A DNA stretch of 32,000 nucleotides from Nitrospira sp. CR1.3. GTDB lineage: Bacteria; Nitrospirota; Nitrospiria; Nitrospirales; Nitrospiraceae. Position numbers and translations under genes: made by a program. The stretch lies in NCBI GenBank assembly GCA_014055525.1, contig WIAH01000006.1, positions 38,104 to 70,103 of the forward strand. Direction: 5' to 3'. The first letter of the stretch is position 1, and each line of letters begins with the position of its first letter. The notes under the pieces were generated by a model. The model saw nothing but the letters and a program-made list of their open reading frames with translations. It searched no databases and was not told the DNA's origin. Of the stretch, positions 15,146-23,060 are shown piece by piece.

Positions 15146-16159
15146 ATGAGAATCGCGATTGCCACCGACGCGTGGCATCCACAAATCAATGGCGTGGTGC
15201 GGACGCTGAGCCATACTGCCGATCACTTGAAGGATCTCGGACATCAGGTCTCTTTCATCACACCCCAAGATTTTCGAACCTATCCCTGTCCGACCTATCC
15301 CTCGATCCGGTTGGCCGTCTTTCCCAGAGATGGTGTCCGGCGACGGCTGCGAGAGTTTCAACCGCAAGCCATCCATATCGCCACGGAAGGCCCGATCGGC
15401 CATGCGGCGCGATCGTTGTGCCTCACGTGGTCGATCCCCTTTACGACCTCCTACCACACCCAATTCCCGGAGTATGTTCGCGCTCGATTTCCCATTCCCG
15501 TCGCCTGGTCCTACGCCTACTTGCGCCGGTATCACGGGCGAGCGAGCCGCACCATGGTCGCGACCCGATCGATGAAGCAGTGTCTCGAGGAGCGGGGATT
15601 CGGGAATCTGGCGATCTGGGCGAGAGGAGTGGATGCGTCGGTGTTCCATCCCGGTCCGAAGTCATTCTTGCCGGGTCCGCGGCCGATTGCGATGTACATG
15701 GGGCGTGTCGCGGTCGAGAAAAACATTGAAGCGTTTCTCAATCTCGACCTGCCGGGAACGAAGTACGTGGTGGGGGACGGACCGGATCTGGAACGAATGC
15801 GAAACCGGTATCCCGATGTTCGATTCGTCGGGCAGAAAGTCGGAGAAGAACTGGCGTCGCATTTGGCCGCCGCGGACGTCTTCGTATTTCCGAGTCTGAC
15901 CGATACCTTCGGTCTGGTCCTGCTCGAAGCCATGGCCTGCGGGGTGCCGGTCGCGGCCTATCCTGTGACCGGGCCGATCGACGTGGTCGTGAACGGCAAG
16001 ACGGGCGTGCTGGACGCCGACTTGAAGAAGGCCGTGCTCGGGGCAGTGAAACTCGATCCGGCCGATTGCGTGGTCTATGCCAAACAGAACTCCTGGCGCT
16101 ATTGGACGGAGCGCTTCGTGTCGTTGCTGGAGCCGTTCGGGGAGGAGAGATGGACTTGA
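15146..16159 (+). CDS. GT4-family glycosyltransferase, Agt-like (candidate glycosyl-diacylglycerol synthase)
   Basis: The N-terminus is MRIAIATDAWHPQINGVVRTL...PCPTYPSIRLA, and the C-terminal half has the EX7E-type GT-B motif (FPSLTDTFGLVLLEAMACGVPVAA). As I recall, this N-terminal signature belongs to the GT family usually paired with PlcP/LpxH-like phosphoesterases. Confidence 0.8.
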   Translation: MRIAIATDAWHPQINGVVRTLSHTADHLKDLGHQVSFITPQDFRTYPCPTYPSIRLAVFPRDGVRRRLREFQPQAIHIATEGPIGHAARSLCLTWSIPFTTSYHTQFPEYVRARFPIPVAWSYAYLRRYHGRASRTMVATRSMKQCLEERGFGNLAIWARGVDASVFHPGPKSFLPGPRPIAMYMGRVAVEKNIEAFLNLDLPGTKYVVGDGPDLERMRNRYPDVRFVGQKVGEELASHLAAADVFVFPSLTDTFGLVLLEAMACGVPVAAYPVTGPIDVVVNGKTGVLDADLKKAVLGAVKLDPADCVVYAKQNSWRYWTERFVSLLEPFGEERWT

Positions 16160-16396
16160 CAAGCTTCTTGGTATCGGCGTCATAGTCTCCTGTCAGCCAA
16201 ATCTGCTTGCGATCCAACGAACCGTCGATCGTCAACCTGCCCAGGTGCACCTGATCCGGCAGTCGTACGCGTGAAGGGACTGTGTTCCGGGGCGACCGGA
16301 AGGTCTTGTCTTCGCGAAGAGTGGAAATTCATCTCACAAAGGAGTAGTATCCCGCTCCCTTGGATCCGAAGACGGCGTCATGCAGGAGAACCTCCG

Positions 16397-16657
16397 ATGA
16401 CCAAGCTGTTTATTCTCCAAGAGATTAAGCGAACCACACAAGCGAATGGCGGCAGGCCGCTTCGGAAAATACAATTCGAATCTCAAACCGGTATCACTCG
16501 TTTCGATTGGTTCGGTGTGTATTGGGCTCGGTGGAGCGATGCCCTGAGGGAAGCAGGCTGCCAACAGCATCAGATTCGTATGGTATTTAGGCCGGTTCGA
16601 TTGAGATCACTCCCAACCGATCCCTCTCTCTCTTCTCAAACGGCGCAGCGCATCTAG
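16397..16657 (+). pseudogene. Probable gene remnant: N-terminal fragment resembling a homing-endonuclease-associated (HNH_repeat-like) module
   Basis: MTKLFILQEIKRTTQANGGRPLRKIQFESQTGITRFDWFGVYWARWSDALREAG fits the motif ...G..P....fe..tG......f.sW..AL.eAG. The sequence then degenerates. It sits in a 535-bp stretch with no convincing coding sequence, between convergent genes. Confidence 0.3.
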
Positions 16658-16694
16658 CAAGACGTCCAGATCGTTGCGCCGACCTTTTCCGGTG

Positions 16695-17231
16695 CTACTG
16701 TTCCAGGTACGCTCCCAGCGCGTACTGCCCGGTTTGGAGAATGGGCAGGATGTACCAGTCATCGTTCGGAAAGCGGGTGGTCATGAAGAAGCCCCAGATG
16801 GTCAGGGTGGCGCCGACGTATTGAGGATGCGGCGTGAGGGAAAAGGGAAAGCCCTTGCACCAGGGGACGTGATAGCCCAGCTTGTTGCCGTAGAAGACGC
16901 CGATCTTGCCCAGCCTGATAAACACGCCCGCGTTTAGGATTTGACCGATCAATATGAGGAGGCCGCCGGTCACGAACCAGGGTTCGTCTTCGCCGGGGGG
17001 AATGATCGTGCCTCCCCCGTACAGGTAGCACCAGCCCAGGAACACGGCGAGCTGCAGGGTTTTGAAACAGAAGAAAAAGTTCCGCAGCACGTCCACCGGC
17101 TCGCCAAAGACGGCAAGAGCCGTTCGCGAGCAGAATCGACGGAACGATTCCGAATCATACCAGACCCATGCGTACCAGATCCGCTCCAGGCTCAAGGCGC
17201 CGGCAGCCGCCAGCAGACTCCAGCCCGTCAT
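16695..17231 (-). CDS. PEMT/Opi3-type membrane phospholipid N-methyltransferase homologue
   Basis: 178 aa from MTGWSLL. RLGKIGVFYGNKLGYHVPWCKGFPFSLTPHPQYVGATLTIWGFF parallels the eukaryotic PEMT motif LG..G.FLGDYFG....FPF....NPMY.G. The ATG overlaps the upstream stop (ATGA at 17231). The track ORF extension to 17522 is out-of-gene read-through. Confidence 0.75.
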   Translation of the reverse strand: MTGWSLLAAAGALSLERIWYAWVWYDSESFRRFCSRTALAVFGEPVDVLRNFFFCFKTLQLAVFLGWCYLYGGGTIIPPGEDEPWFVTGGLLILIGQILNAGVFIRLGKIGVFYGNKLGYHVPWCKGFPFSLTPHPQYVGATLTIWGFFMTTRFPNDDWYILPILQTGQYALGAYLEQ

Positions 17232-19564
17232 CAGTGCTTGGGGGTGGCTTGGTTCATCGCGTAGGGCGGGAGGATCGCCCGCCAGGCGCTCACCGAACGA
17301 GGCCAATAGGCCTTGATATCCGTGAAGGGGTCGGTGACGAGCTTCACGAGCCAAATCATCGAAATCCGGAAGTCGTGCAGCCAGGCCAGGTAAGCGACGC
17401 GTCCCAGAACGACCACCAACGTCAGGCCCCACCATTGCTGGGCGATGGTCGGCCAGCGTTCGAGGAACGAGGCGAAGGTCCAACTGCCGCTGGCGAACAG
17501 GTTGGCCAGCGGGATCAGGCAATAGGCGGAGACGATCATGGTCTTGTTCGGCGTGTTGAATCCGAGCAGTAGTTCTTCCTTGTCGTGGCAGGGCGGCTCG
17601 ACGATCGCATGTCCAAACTGCCGGACGAACAGCGCCGCCAGGCTGGCCGTGACCGCGGTGGTGAGATCGGTGAAGATCAGGACATAGCAGTAGATGAACA
17701 CGCTGGAACTCAAGAGATGGAAGAATTGGTTCAGCGGATGGCTGTGAGAGGCGAGGTGGTCGTCATGTTTGCGCCGCATCACTTCGGTGTAGAAGGCGCG
17801 GAGCGGTTTCGGCACCTGCAGAATGCTGCCGATCATTTCCTGCCTGAGTCGTGACTGCATCACCTTCCTCCGTTCCGGTCGTTCAAGGCCGTCCAGCCAC
17901 CAGCCGTCTTCTTTCATTCTGGCGGCGGCATTCACCAACATCGCCTGCAGTTCGTCGTAATGCTCGGGCTGGAAGGCCATGTTGCTGAGGCAGCGGCCCG
18001 TGCCGACCCAGCTCAGCACCACGCCCTCGGCCCGCAGATAGTACTGGAGCAGCCAGTTGTATCGGCCCGGCTGCTGGAAGAGAATTGTCCAGACTGTGGC
18101 CAGGTTGACGATCCGTAACGGCAACGCGCGCTCGGCAAAGACCTTGTTGACCGAGGCGGCCCATGCGGTGCAGTGCTGATTCGCTTCCTCATAGCGCTGG
18201 ACCGTTTCCGGCCTGGCGACCCACTGCAGGAACTCGTTCATGGCGCCCATGACGTGGGGATGGGCCGAGAAGGTCCCGATGACGTAGGCGAGCCTCATGG
18301 GGTGGTCCGGATCGAACCGTCGCATGAGTGCGGCCCTCCCGCAGCAGACACCGACGGGGAGCCCGCCTCCGACCGTTTTCCCGTAGACGACCAGATCGGC
18401 CTGCACGCCGAAATGTTCCTGCGCACCGCCGGGCGCCAGACGAAAGCCCGAATAGACTTCGTCGAAGATGAGCGGGATGTCGCAGGCGGAGCAGACCTCC
18501 CGCAACTGGCGGAGCCATTGCGCGTAGGGAGCATGGGCGTCTTGGGTCTTTCGGAGATCGCTGGTCAACAAGATGGCGTCGCTGGGCGGCGGTGAATTGG
18601 GGTGGAACGATTGAATCGGATTGACCACGACGCCGGCGATGTCGTCTTTCATCCGGCGGATGGCGACGAGCGAGGCGGGATGCATGTCTTTCAAGGTAAT
18701 GCAGTCCTTGATCTCCCGTTCGCTGCCGAGGCCCGGCTGCACGCCGTCCCACCAACCGTGGTAGGCGCCGGCGAAGCATACGATCTGCGTTCGGCGCGTG
18801 TTGAATCGCGCCAGACGAATGGCGGCCATGACCGCTTCGGTGCCGCTCATATGGAAGGAGACTTCGTCGAGTTTCGAGATGTGCTTGAGCAGGCTGATGT
18901 TCTCGGCCACGATTGGGTGCAGGGGCCCCAACACGGGACCGAGATCTTTCACCCGTTCCCACCCCCGCTCCATCCACTCTTTATATTGATCGTAGCCGGC
19001 GACGTTGACGCCGTAGGAGCCGGTGACGTCGAGCGACCAGTGGCCGTCGATATCTCGCAGCTTCGGCCCTTCCGAGGCGGTCACGACCGAACAGAGATTG
19101 AATTTCTCCCGCATGACCCGCGCAAAGGGAAAGGGAACCCGGCCGGCGTCCGTGAATCGGAGGTCCGACAACCCCTCTCGAATTGTCTGGCCCCACGCAA
19201 TGGCCTGCGGATGGTGTTCGCGGAAGTAGTCGGCCAATTGGTCGAGCGCCTTCCGTCTGCGCGCCACGATTTGCTCGTCCGCTCCGTCGGCTCGATAGAA
19301 ATCGTCTCCCAGGTAATCGTTCGACTTGACCCATGTAGAAAGCGCGCGCGACAAGGCGGGAGTGACGGACCGCGCGCGAAGTGCGGACAGCGCGAACACG
19401 AGCCTTCGGGCATAGAGCGTCGCCAAGCCGGCGAGTAGACAGAGGCCGAGGAGAAACCCGAACTCACCGGCTTCCAACCTACAGGTCTCCCCCAGGCGTA
19501 ACCCGCACGCGCCCCATCGATCAATCATTCTGTCCATCGGACCCTCCTCTGACTGACCGGCCAT
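17231..19564 (-). CDS. Tripartite membrane enzyme: N-terminal TM anchor + class-III PLP aminotransferase (GSA-aminomutase-like) + C-terminal Mpo1/DUF962-like 4-TM domain
   Basis: 777 aa. Aminotransferase motifs are HMSGTEAVMAAIRLAR, IFDEVYSGFRLAPGG and YGKTVGGGLPVG (PLP Lys). The C-terminal domain has SHSHPLNQFFHLLSS (H-x3-N-x3-H), FGHAIVEPP and several hydrophobic helices, as in DUF962/Mpo1. Confidence 0.85.
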   Translation of the reverse strand: MAGQSEEGPMDRMIDRWGACGLRLGETCRLEAGEFGFLLGLCLLAGLATLYARRLVFALSALRARSVTPALSRALSTWVKSNDYLGDDFYRADGADEQIVARRRKALDQLADYFREHHPQAIAWGQTIREGLSDLRFTDAGRVPFPFARVMREKFNLCSVVTASEGPKLRDIDGHWSLDVTGSYGVNVAGYDQYKEWMERGWERVKDLGPVLGPLHPIVAENISLLKHISKLDEVSFHMSGTEAVMAAIRLARFNTRRTQIVCFAGAYHGWWDGVQPGLGSEREIKDCITLKDMHPASLVAIRRMKDDIAGVVVNPIQSFHPNSPPPSDAILLTSDLRKTQDAHAPYAQWLRQLREVCSACDIPLIFDEVYSGFRLAPGGAQEHFGVQADLVVYGKTVGGGLPVGVCCGRAALMRRFDPDHPMRLAYVIGTFSAHPHVMGAMNEFLQWVARPETVQRYEEANQHCTAWAASVNKVFAERALPLRIVNLATVWTILFQQPGRYNWLLQYYLRAEGVVLSWVGTGRCLSNMAFQPEHYDELQAMLVNAAARMKEDGWWLDGLERPERRKVMQSRLRQEMIGSILQVPKPLRAFYTEVMRRKHDDHLASHSHPLNQFFHLLSSSVFIYCYVLIFTDLTTAVTASLAALFVRQFGHAIVEPPCHDKEELLLGFNTPNKTMIVSAYCLIPLANLFASGSWTFASFLERWPTIAQQWWGLTLVVVLGRVAYLAWLHDFRISMIWLVKLVTDPFTDIKAYWPRSVSAWRAILPPYAMNQATPKH

Positions 19565-19597
19565 GCCGGTCTCTCTGTTGCGGCCCGTTCAGCCTGT

Positions 19598-20434
19598 TCA
19601 CGCGACGATGAGATCGTCGTCGGGGTACAAGGTCAAACAATCTCGCTTCAGGACGCGGGTGCGTTTGAGACTGGCCACGGTATCGGCCCAGCGAAGCAAT
19701 TCGAGACTCCCGTCGTAGTGCTCTACCAGCGCGCTGCAGCTCTCCACCCAATCCCCGCAGTTGCAATAGATAATGTTGTTCAGCCGGGTGATCTCCGGTC
19801 GGTGAATGTGGCCGCAGACCACGCCGTCCACGCCCAGGCGGGCGGTCTCGTAGGCCACCGCCTGCTCAAAATTGCTGATGAACTGCACGGCGTTTTTGAC
19901 TTTGTGCTTGAGAAACGCGGCGAGAGACCAATAGGGGAGGTTGAATCGGCGGCGCACCCCATGCACGAGATAGTTGGCTTTCAGCAAGGAGTCATAAAGG
20001 CGCGTCCCCAGCATGGCGATCGCGCGCGAACAGCGGACCACGCTGTCGAACTTGTCGCCGTGCGTGACGAGAAGGCGCCGACCGTCGGCATTGGTATGGA
20101 TGGCTTCCTCCAAAATGTGTACGTTGCCGAAAGTCATGTCGTGATAATCGCGCAGCAGCTCGTCGTGATTGCCGGGGACGTACACGACCTTCACTCCGTG
20201 TTTTGCTTTCCCGAGAATCGTCCGCACGACGTTATTGTGCGCCTGCGGCCAGAACAGCCGCTTGCGCATCTCCCAAATGTCGATGATGTCGCCGACGAGG
20301 TAGAGATACTCGCATTCCACGGAGTGAAGAAAATTCAAGAGATGGTCGGCGCTGCAACCCCGGAAGCCCAAATGAATGTCGGAGATCCAAACGGTGCGGA
20401 AGGAGAGAGCGGGCTCGCGGAGAGATTTACTCAC
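19598..20434 (-). CDS. LpxH-superfamily metallophosphoesterase, PlcP-like (candidate phosphate-starvation phospholipase C)
   Basis: Motifs are VWISDIHLGFRGC, YLVGDIIDIW, WPQAHNNVV, VPGNHDELLRDY, VTHGDKFD, CGHIHRPE and CGDWVESCSALVE. I prefer GTG 20434, which has a GGAGG SD 7 nt upstream. The track ORF starts at TTG 20482. Confidence 0.8.
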   Translation of the reverse strand: MSKSLREPALSFRTVWISDIHLGFRGCSADHLLNFLHSVECEYLYLVGDIIDIWEMRKRLFWPQAHNNVVRTILGKAKHGVKVVYVPGNHDELLRDYHDMTFGNVHILEEAIHTNADGRRLLVTHGDKFDSVVRCSRAIAMLGTRLYDSLLKANYLVHGVRRRFNLPYWSLAAFLKHKVKNAVQFISNFEQAVAYETARLGVDGVVCGHIHRPEITRLNNIIYCNCGDWVESCSALVEHYDGSLELLRWADTVASLKRTRVLKRDCLTLYPDDDLIVA

Positions 20435-20511
20435 CCGCCGGGCCTCCAGTGAACTGCGCGACAGTCTGAGGATCCATATCAATCATGGTACAAAGGCGAT
20501 GTTGCCGGACC

Positions 20512-20560
20512 GTTACGATCGTGCTGCGGATATGTGAAAACTCGATGTGGATTCTGTAAC
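20512..20560 (-). promoter_or_regulatory. GTTACAGAATCC motif with GTAAC partner 44 bp downstream, upstream of the plcP-like operon
   Basis: The minus-strand reading is GTTACAGAATCC (20560-20549) ... GTAACGG (20516-20510). It lies in the 255-304 bp divergent region (depending on the plcP-like start used) shared with the alpha/beta-hydrolase gene. Confidence 0.35.
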
Positions 20561-20737
20561 CGGCGCAATACGTTAGTAACAAACGATCGCAAACGTGGCA
20601 TCATTCGTTCCCAAGCTGTGCTGTTCATGACATATTGACCGCATTCGGCCTCGCCTTGACCTGAAGCTTGTGGCTGCGCGTTACTCGCTCTGAGGTATGG
20701 AACCCGGAGGCACGAAGTACGATGAGCCGGGGGTGCG

Positions 20738-21490
20738 ATGGGTCTGAGCGTGAAATTGGTTGGAAGCTGCGATGCGAGGGTTGAGCCAGTGAAGAACGGT
20801 CCCACCACGAAGCGGACACTGGTGCTCCTGCCGGGGTTGGACGGCACGGATGTGTTTTTTCGACCTTTGCTGGCCGCGTTGCCGGAGTCGGTGCATCCGG
20901 AAGTGATCAGCTTCCCGGCCGCCGGCGCGAACGAGTACACAGACTTGTTGAAGATCGTTTGCGAAGCGGTGAGGGGGATTCCCAGTTTCTATGTCCTGGG
21001 TTCGTCATTCTCCGGACCCCTCGCACTGATGGTGGCCGCAATGGAGCCCAAGACCGTGCTGGGCGTCATCTTGTCGGTCTCCTTCCTGCGCGCGCCTCGG
21101 CCGCTCTATGCGCGGCTCAGGTTTGCGGCGGTCACGCCGGTGATCTGGATGATCCGCGCCTGCCTCCGTCTGCCCCTGTGGCTCGCGCGCGGGTCCCATG
21201 ACCAGCTTCGCCTGGACAAGGCGGAAACCTGGAGGCGGGTCAGTGCCGGCATGGTGGCCGCCCGCATCAGAGCGCTCCTCCTCATCGACGCGAGAGAATT
21301 CTTGAGGGATTGTCCCTGTCCGGTGCTCTGCATCGCAGGGCGTGATGATGCCATCGTTCCGAAAAGGAACGTGCAGGAGATCGTGACGGTACGACCGTCT
21401 ACGCAGGTCAAGCTCATCGAGGGTGGTCACTTCGCGACATACACGAATCCAGCCGCCGCCGCGGCCGCCATCGTCGAATTCATAGAATAG
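20738..21490 (+). CDS. Alpha/beta-fold hydrolase
   Basis: It has LVLLPGLDGT, the nucleophile elbow GSSFSG, and a C-terminal GGHF (His). It is divergent from the plcP-like operon. Confidence 0.8.
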   Translation: MGLSVKLVGSCDARVEPVKNGPTTKRTLVLLPGLDGTDVFFRPLLAALPESVHPEVISFPAAGANEYTDLLKIVCEAVRGIPSFYVLGSSFSGPLALMVAAMEPKTVLGVILSVSFLRAPRPLYARLRFAAVTPVIWMIRACLRLPLWLARGSHDQLRLDKAETWRRVSAGMVAARIRALLLIDAREFLRDCPCPVLCIAGRDDAIVPKRNVQEIVTVRPSTQVKLIEGGHFATYTNPAAAAAAIVEFIE

Positions 21491-21651
21491 GCATGGGTAC
21501 CTCGTCAGCCTGCAAGCCTACGACCGGGAGTTCCCAATGCCCTTCATGTGCTTTGCCCTCAAGTCATTGGCAGAGCCTGCGGGATTGATTTCACCCTGAT
21601 GTGCGATGTAGGACCCTCCCGATCGATCAGAACAGAACTTGGGGAGGCCAA

Positions 21652-22374
21652 ATGAACGAATACCGATTGAGCATCGTCATTTGTGCGGCATTCGGGGTTT
21701 TCATGACCGCACAGAGCTTCGCGCAACGAAACGAGATGCCGCCCGGATATCCGCAATCTCTTGAAGGTGATTTGCGGAGGCTGCTCGCTGAACAGCAGGA
21801 GAGCGGCGCGTCACCCGAGTTCCTTGTTCGATTGGCGGAAACCTATTTCGATCTTGCCGACGACTTGCTCACCGAGAAGACGAAACGCCTGGCCGCCTAC
21901 GAGGCGGGCGCGAGCGCGGCCAAACAGGCCTTCGAGATCAATGATGCCAATGCCGACGCGCATTTTTTCCATGCGGTGAATCTCGGAAGCGCGGCGCGGC
22001 TCAGCGGCGTCACCAACGCGGCGATGACCGTCGGCACGATCAAGCATTGCGCCCAGCGGGCGATTGAAATCAATCCCCGACACGCCCAAGCCCTCCAGAT
22101 GATGGGCGGGCTGCTGATGGAGATCCCCTGGTTTCTTGGCGGGAGCGAGAGGAAGGCCCAGGACTTTCTCGAGCGCTCGATCTCCGTCGACAGCAATTTT
22201 GCCAATGCTCACATCATGTTGGCGAAACTCTATCTGAAGCAGGGACGGCGAGAAGCGGCCAAGACACAGCTGGAAACCGTGGTGCGTTTGGAGCGCCCGC
22301 ACTATCGCTACACGTGGGAACGAAAGTACAAGCCGGAGGCGGAGCGGTTGTTGAAAGAGCTGTCTTCATCCTGA
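21652..22374 (+). CDS. Secreted TPR-like helical-repeat protein
   Basis: A GGGGAGG SD precedes ATG 21652. The signal peptide is MNEYRLSIVICAAFGVFMTAQSFA. Repeated A/L-rich helical pairs are present (AHFFHAVNLG, AQALQMMGGLL, ANAHIMLAKLYLKQGRREAA). Confidence 0.6.
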   Translation: MNEYRLSIVICAAFGVFMTAQSFAQRNEMPPGYPQSLEGDLRRLLAEQQESGASPEFLVRLAETYFDLADDLLTEKTKRLAAYEAGASAAKQAFEINDANADAHFFHAVNLGSAARLSGVTNAAMTVGTIKHCAQRAIEINPRHAQALQMMGGLLMEIPWFLGGSERKAQDFLERSISVDSNFANAHIMLAKLYLKQGRREAAKTQLETVVRLERPHYRYTWERKYKPEAERLLKELSSS

Positions 22375-22381
22375 CCCTCGC

Positions 22382-22402
22382 GCGTCGATGCCCAATCGAC
22401 GC
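22382..22402 (+). terminator. Hairpin (8-bp stem GCGTCGAT/ATCGACGC, 5-nt loop) 8 nt after the TPR gene stop; weak terminator candidate
   Basis: Read directly. No clear U-tract follows, so function is uncertain. Confidence 0.3.
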
Positions 22403-22522
22403 ACCATCCCTCTCTTACGCGTAACGCATTCGTAATTGAGCCACTATTGAATTCACACCGTCACTTCAATTATAAGTAGGACACCTAATTTATTTGCCAA
22501 ACTTCTTGCTAAGGAGGAGCCG

Positions 22523-22972
22523 ATGGGTAGGATGTTACGCGGACTGATCGTTGGAGGGGTCGGGACGATGTTGGTCGCAGCATCGGTCTATGCAGCCGAT
22601 CACCAGGCAACCGGACAATCGTTGTATGATCGGCTCGGCGGCAAGCCGGCGATTACCGCGGTCGTCGAGACGTTTGTCTCCAAGGTCGGGGGGGACAAGC
22701 GCATTAACGGGTTTTTCGCCAGCACTGATCTGACGAAACTGAAGATGCACTTGGTAAATCAAATCTGCGAAGCGAGCGGAGGACCTTGCAAATATACCGG
22801 CCGAACGATGAAGGACACTCATGCCGGGATGGGTGTGGATGATGCGGCCTTTACGGCGCTCGTCGAAGATCTGGTCTCAGCGCTGGATCACCACAAAGTC
22901 GGTAAGACTGAGAAGGATGAACTTCTGGGCATCCTGGGGCCGATGAAAGGCGATATCGTCGAGAAGAAATAA
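22523..22972 (+). CDS. glbN: Group I truncated haemoglobin (trHbN) with an N-terminal signal peptide
   Basis: An AAGGAGGAG SD is present. The signal is MGRMLRGLIVGGVGTMLVAASVYA|ADH. Then comes SLYDRLGGKPAITAVVETFVSKV...INGFF...KMHLVNQICEASGGPCKYTGRTMKDTHAGMGV, the 2-on-2 globin pattern. Confidence 0.85.
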   Translation: MGRMLRGLIVGGVGTMLVAASVYAADHQATGQSLYDRLGGKPAITAVVETFVSKVGGDKRINGFFASTDLTKLKMHLVNQICEASGGPCKYTGRTMKDTHAGMGVDDAAFTALVEDLVSALDHHKVGKTEKDELLGILGPMKGDIVEKK

Positions 22973-22985
22973 CGCTGCGCCGAAT

Positions 22986-23025
22986 GCGGGCAGCCGACAA
23001 TGGCTCGCCCGCAGTTTCCTTCGTT
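22986..23025 (+). terminator. Rho-independent terminator candidate after glbN
   Basis: GCGGGCAGCC (22986-22995), loop gacaat, GGCTcGCCCGC (23002-23012) form a 10-bp stem with one bulge. A T-rich tail, agtttccttcgtt, follows. Confidence 0.5.
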
Positions 23026-23060
23026 CCGATGACGGCATGTTTGCAACAGTTCGCGAGCTG

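Noticed and set aside
15662-16250. 173-aa and 170-aa minus-strand ORFs over the 3' half of the GT4 gene
   Set aside because: Within the GT gene they are Arg/Pro-rich antisense frames. Only the short part outside the gene (about 16170-16290) looks protein-like, and I report that part as a possible remnant.
17232-17522. N-terminal extension of the PEMT-like ORF (track start 17522)
   Set aside because: The extension lies inside the upstream fusion gene in another frame and is Arg/Pro-rich. The ATG at 17231 overlaps the upstream stop (ATGA), and the methyltransferase similarity starts there.
18189-19438. 262-aa minus-strand and 278-aa plus-strand ORFs within the aminotransferase fusion gene
   Set aside because: They have strong Arg/Gly/His bias and no motifs, and they are fully nested in a gene with clear PLP-enzyme motifs.
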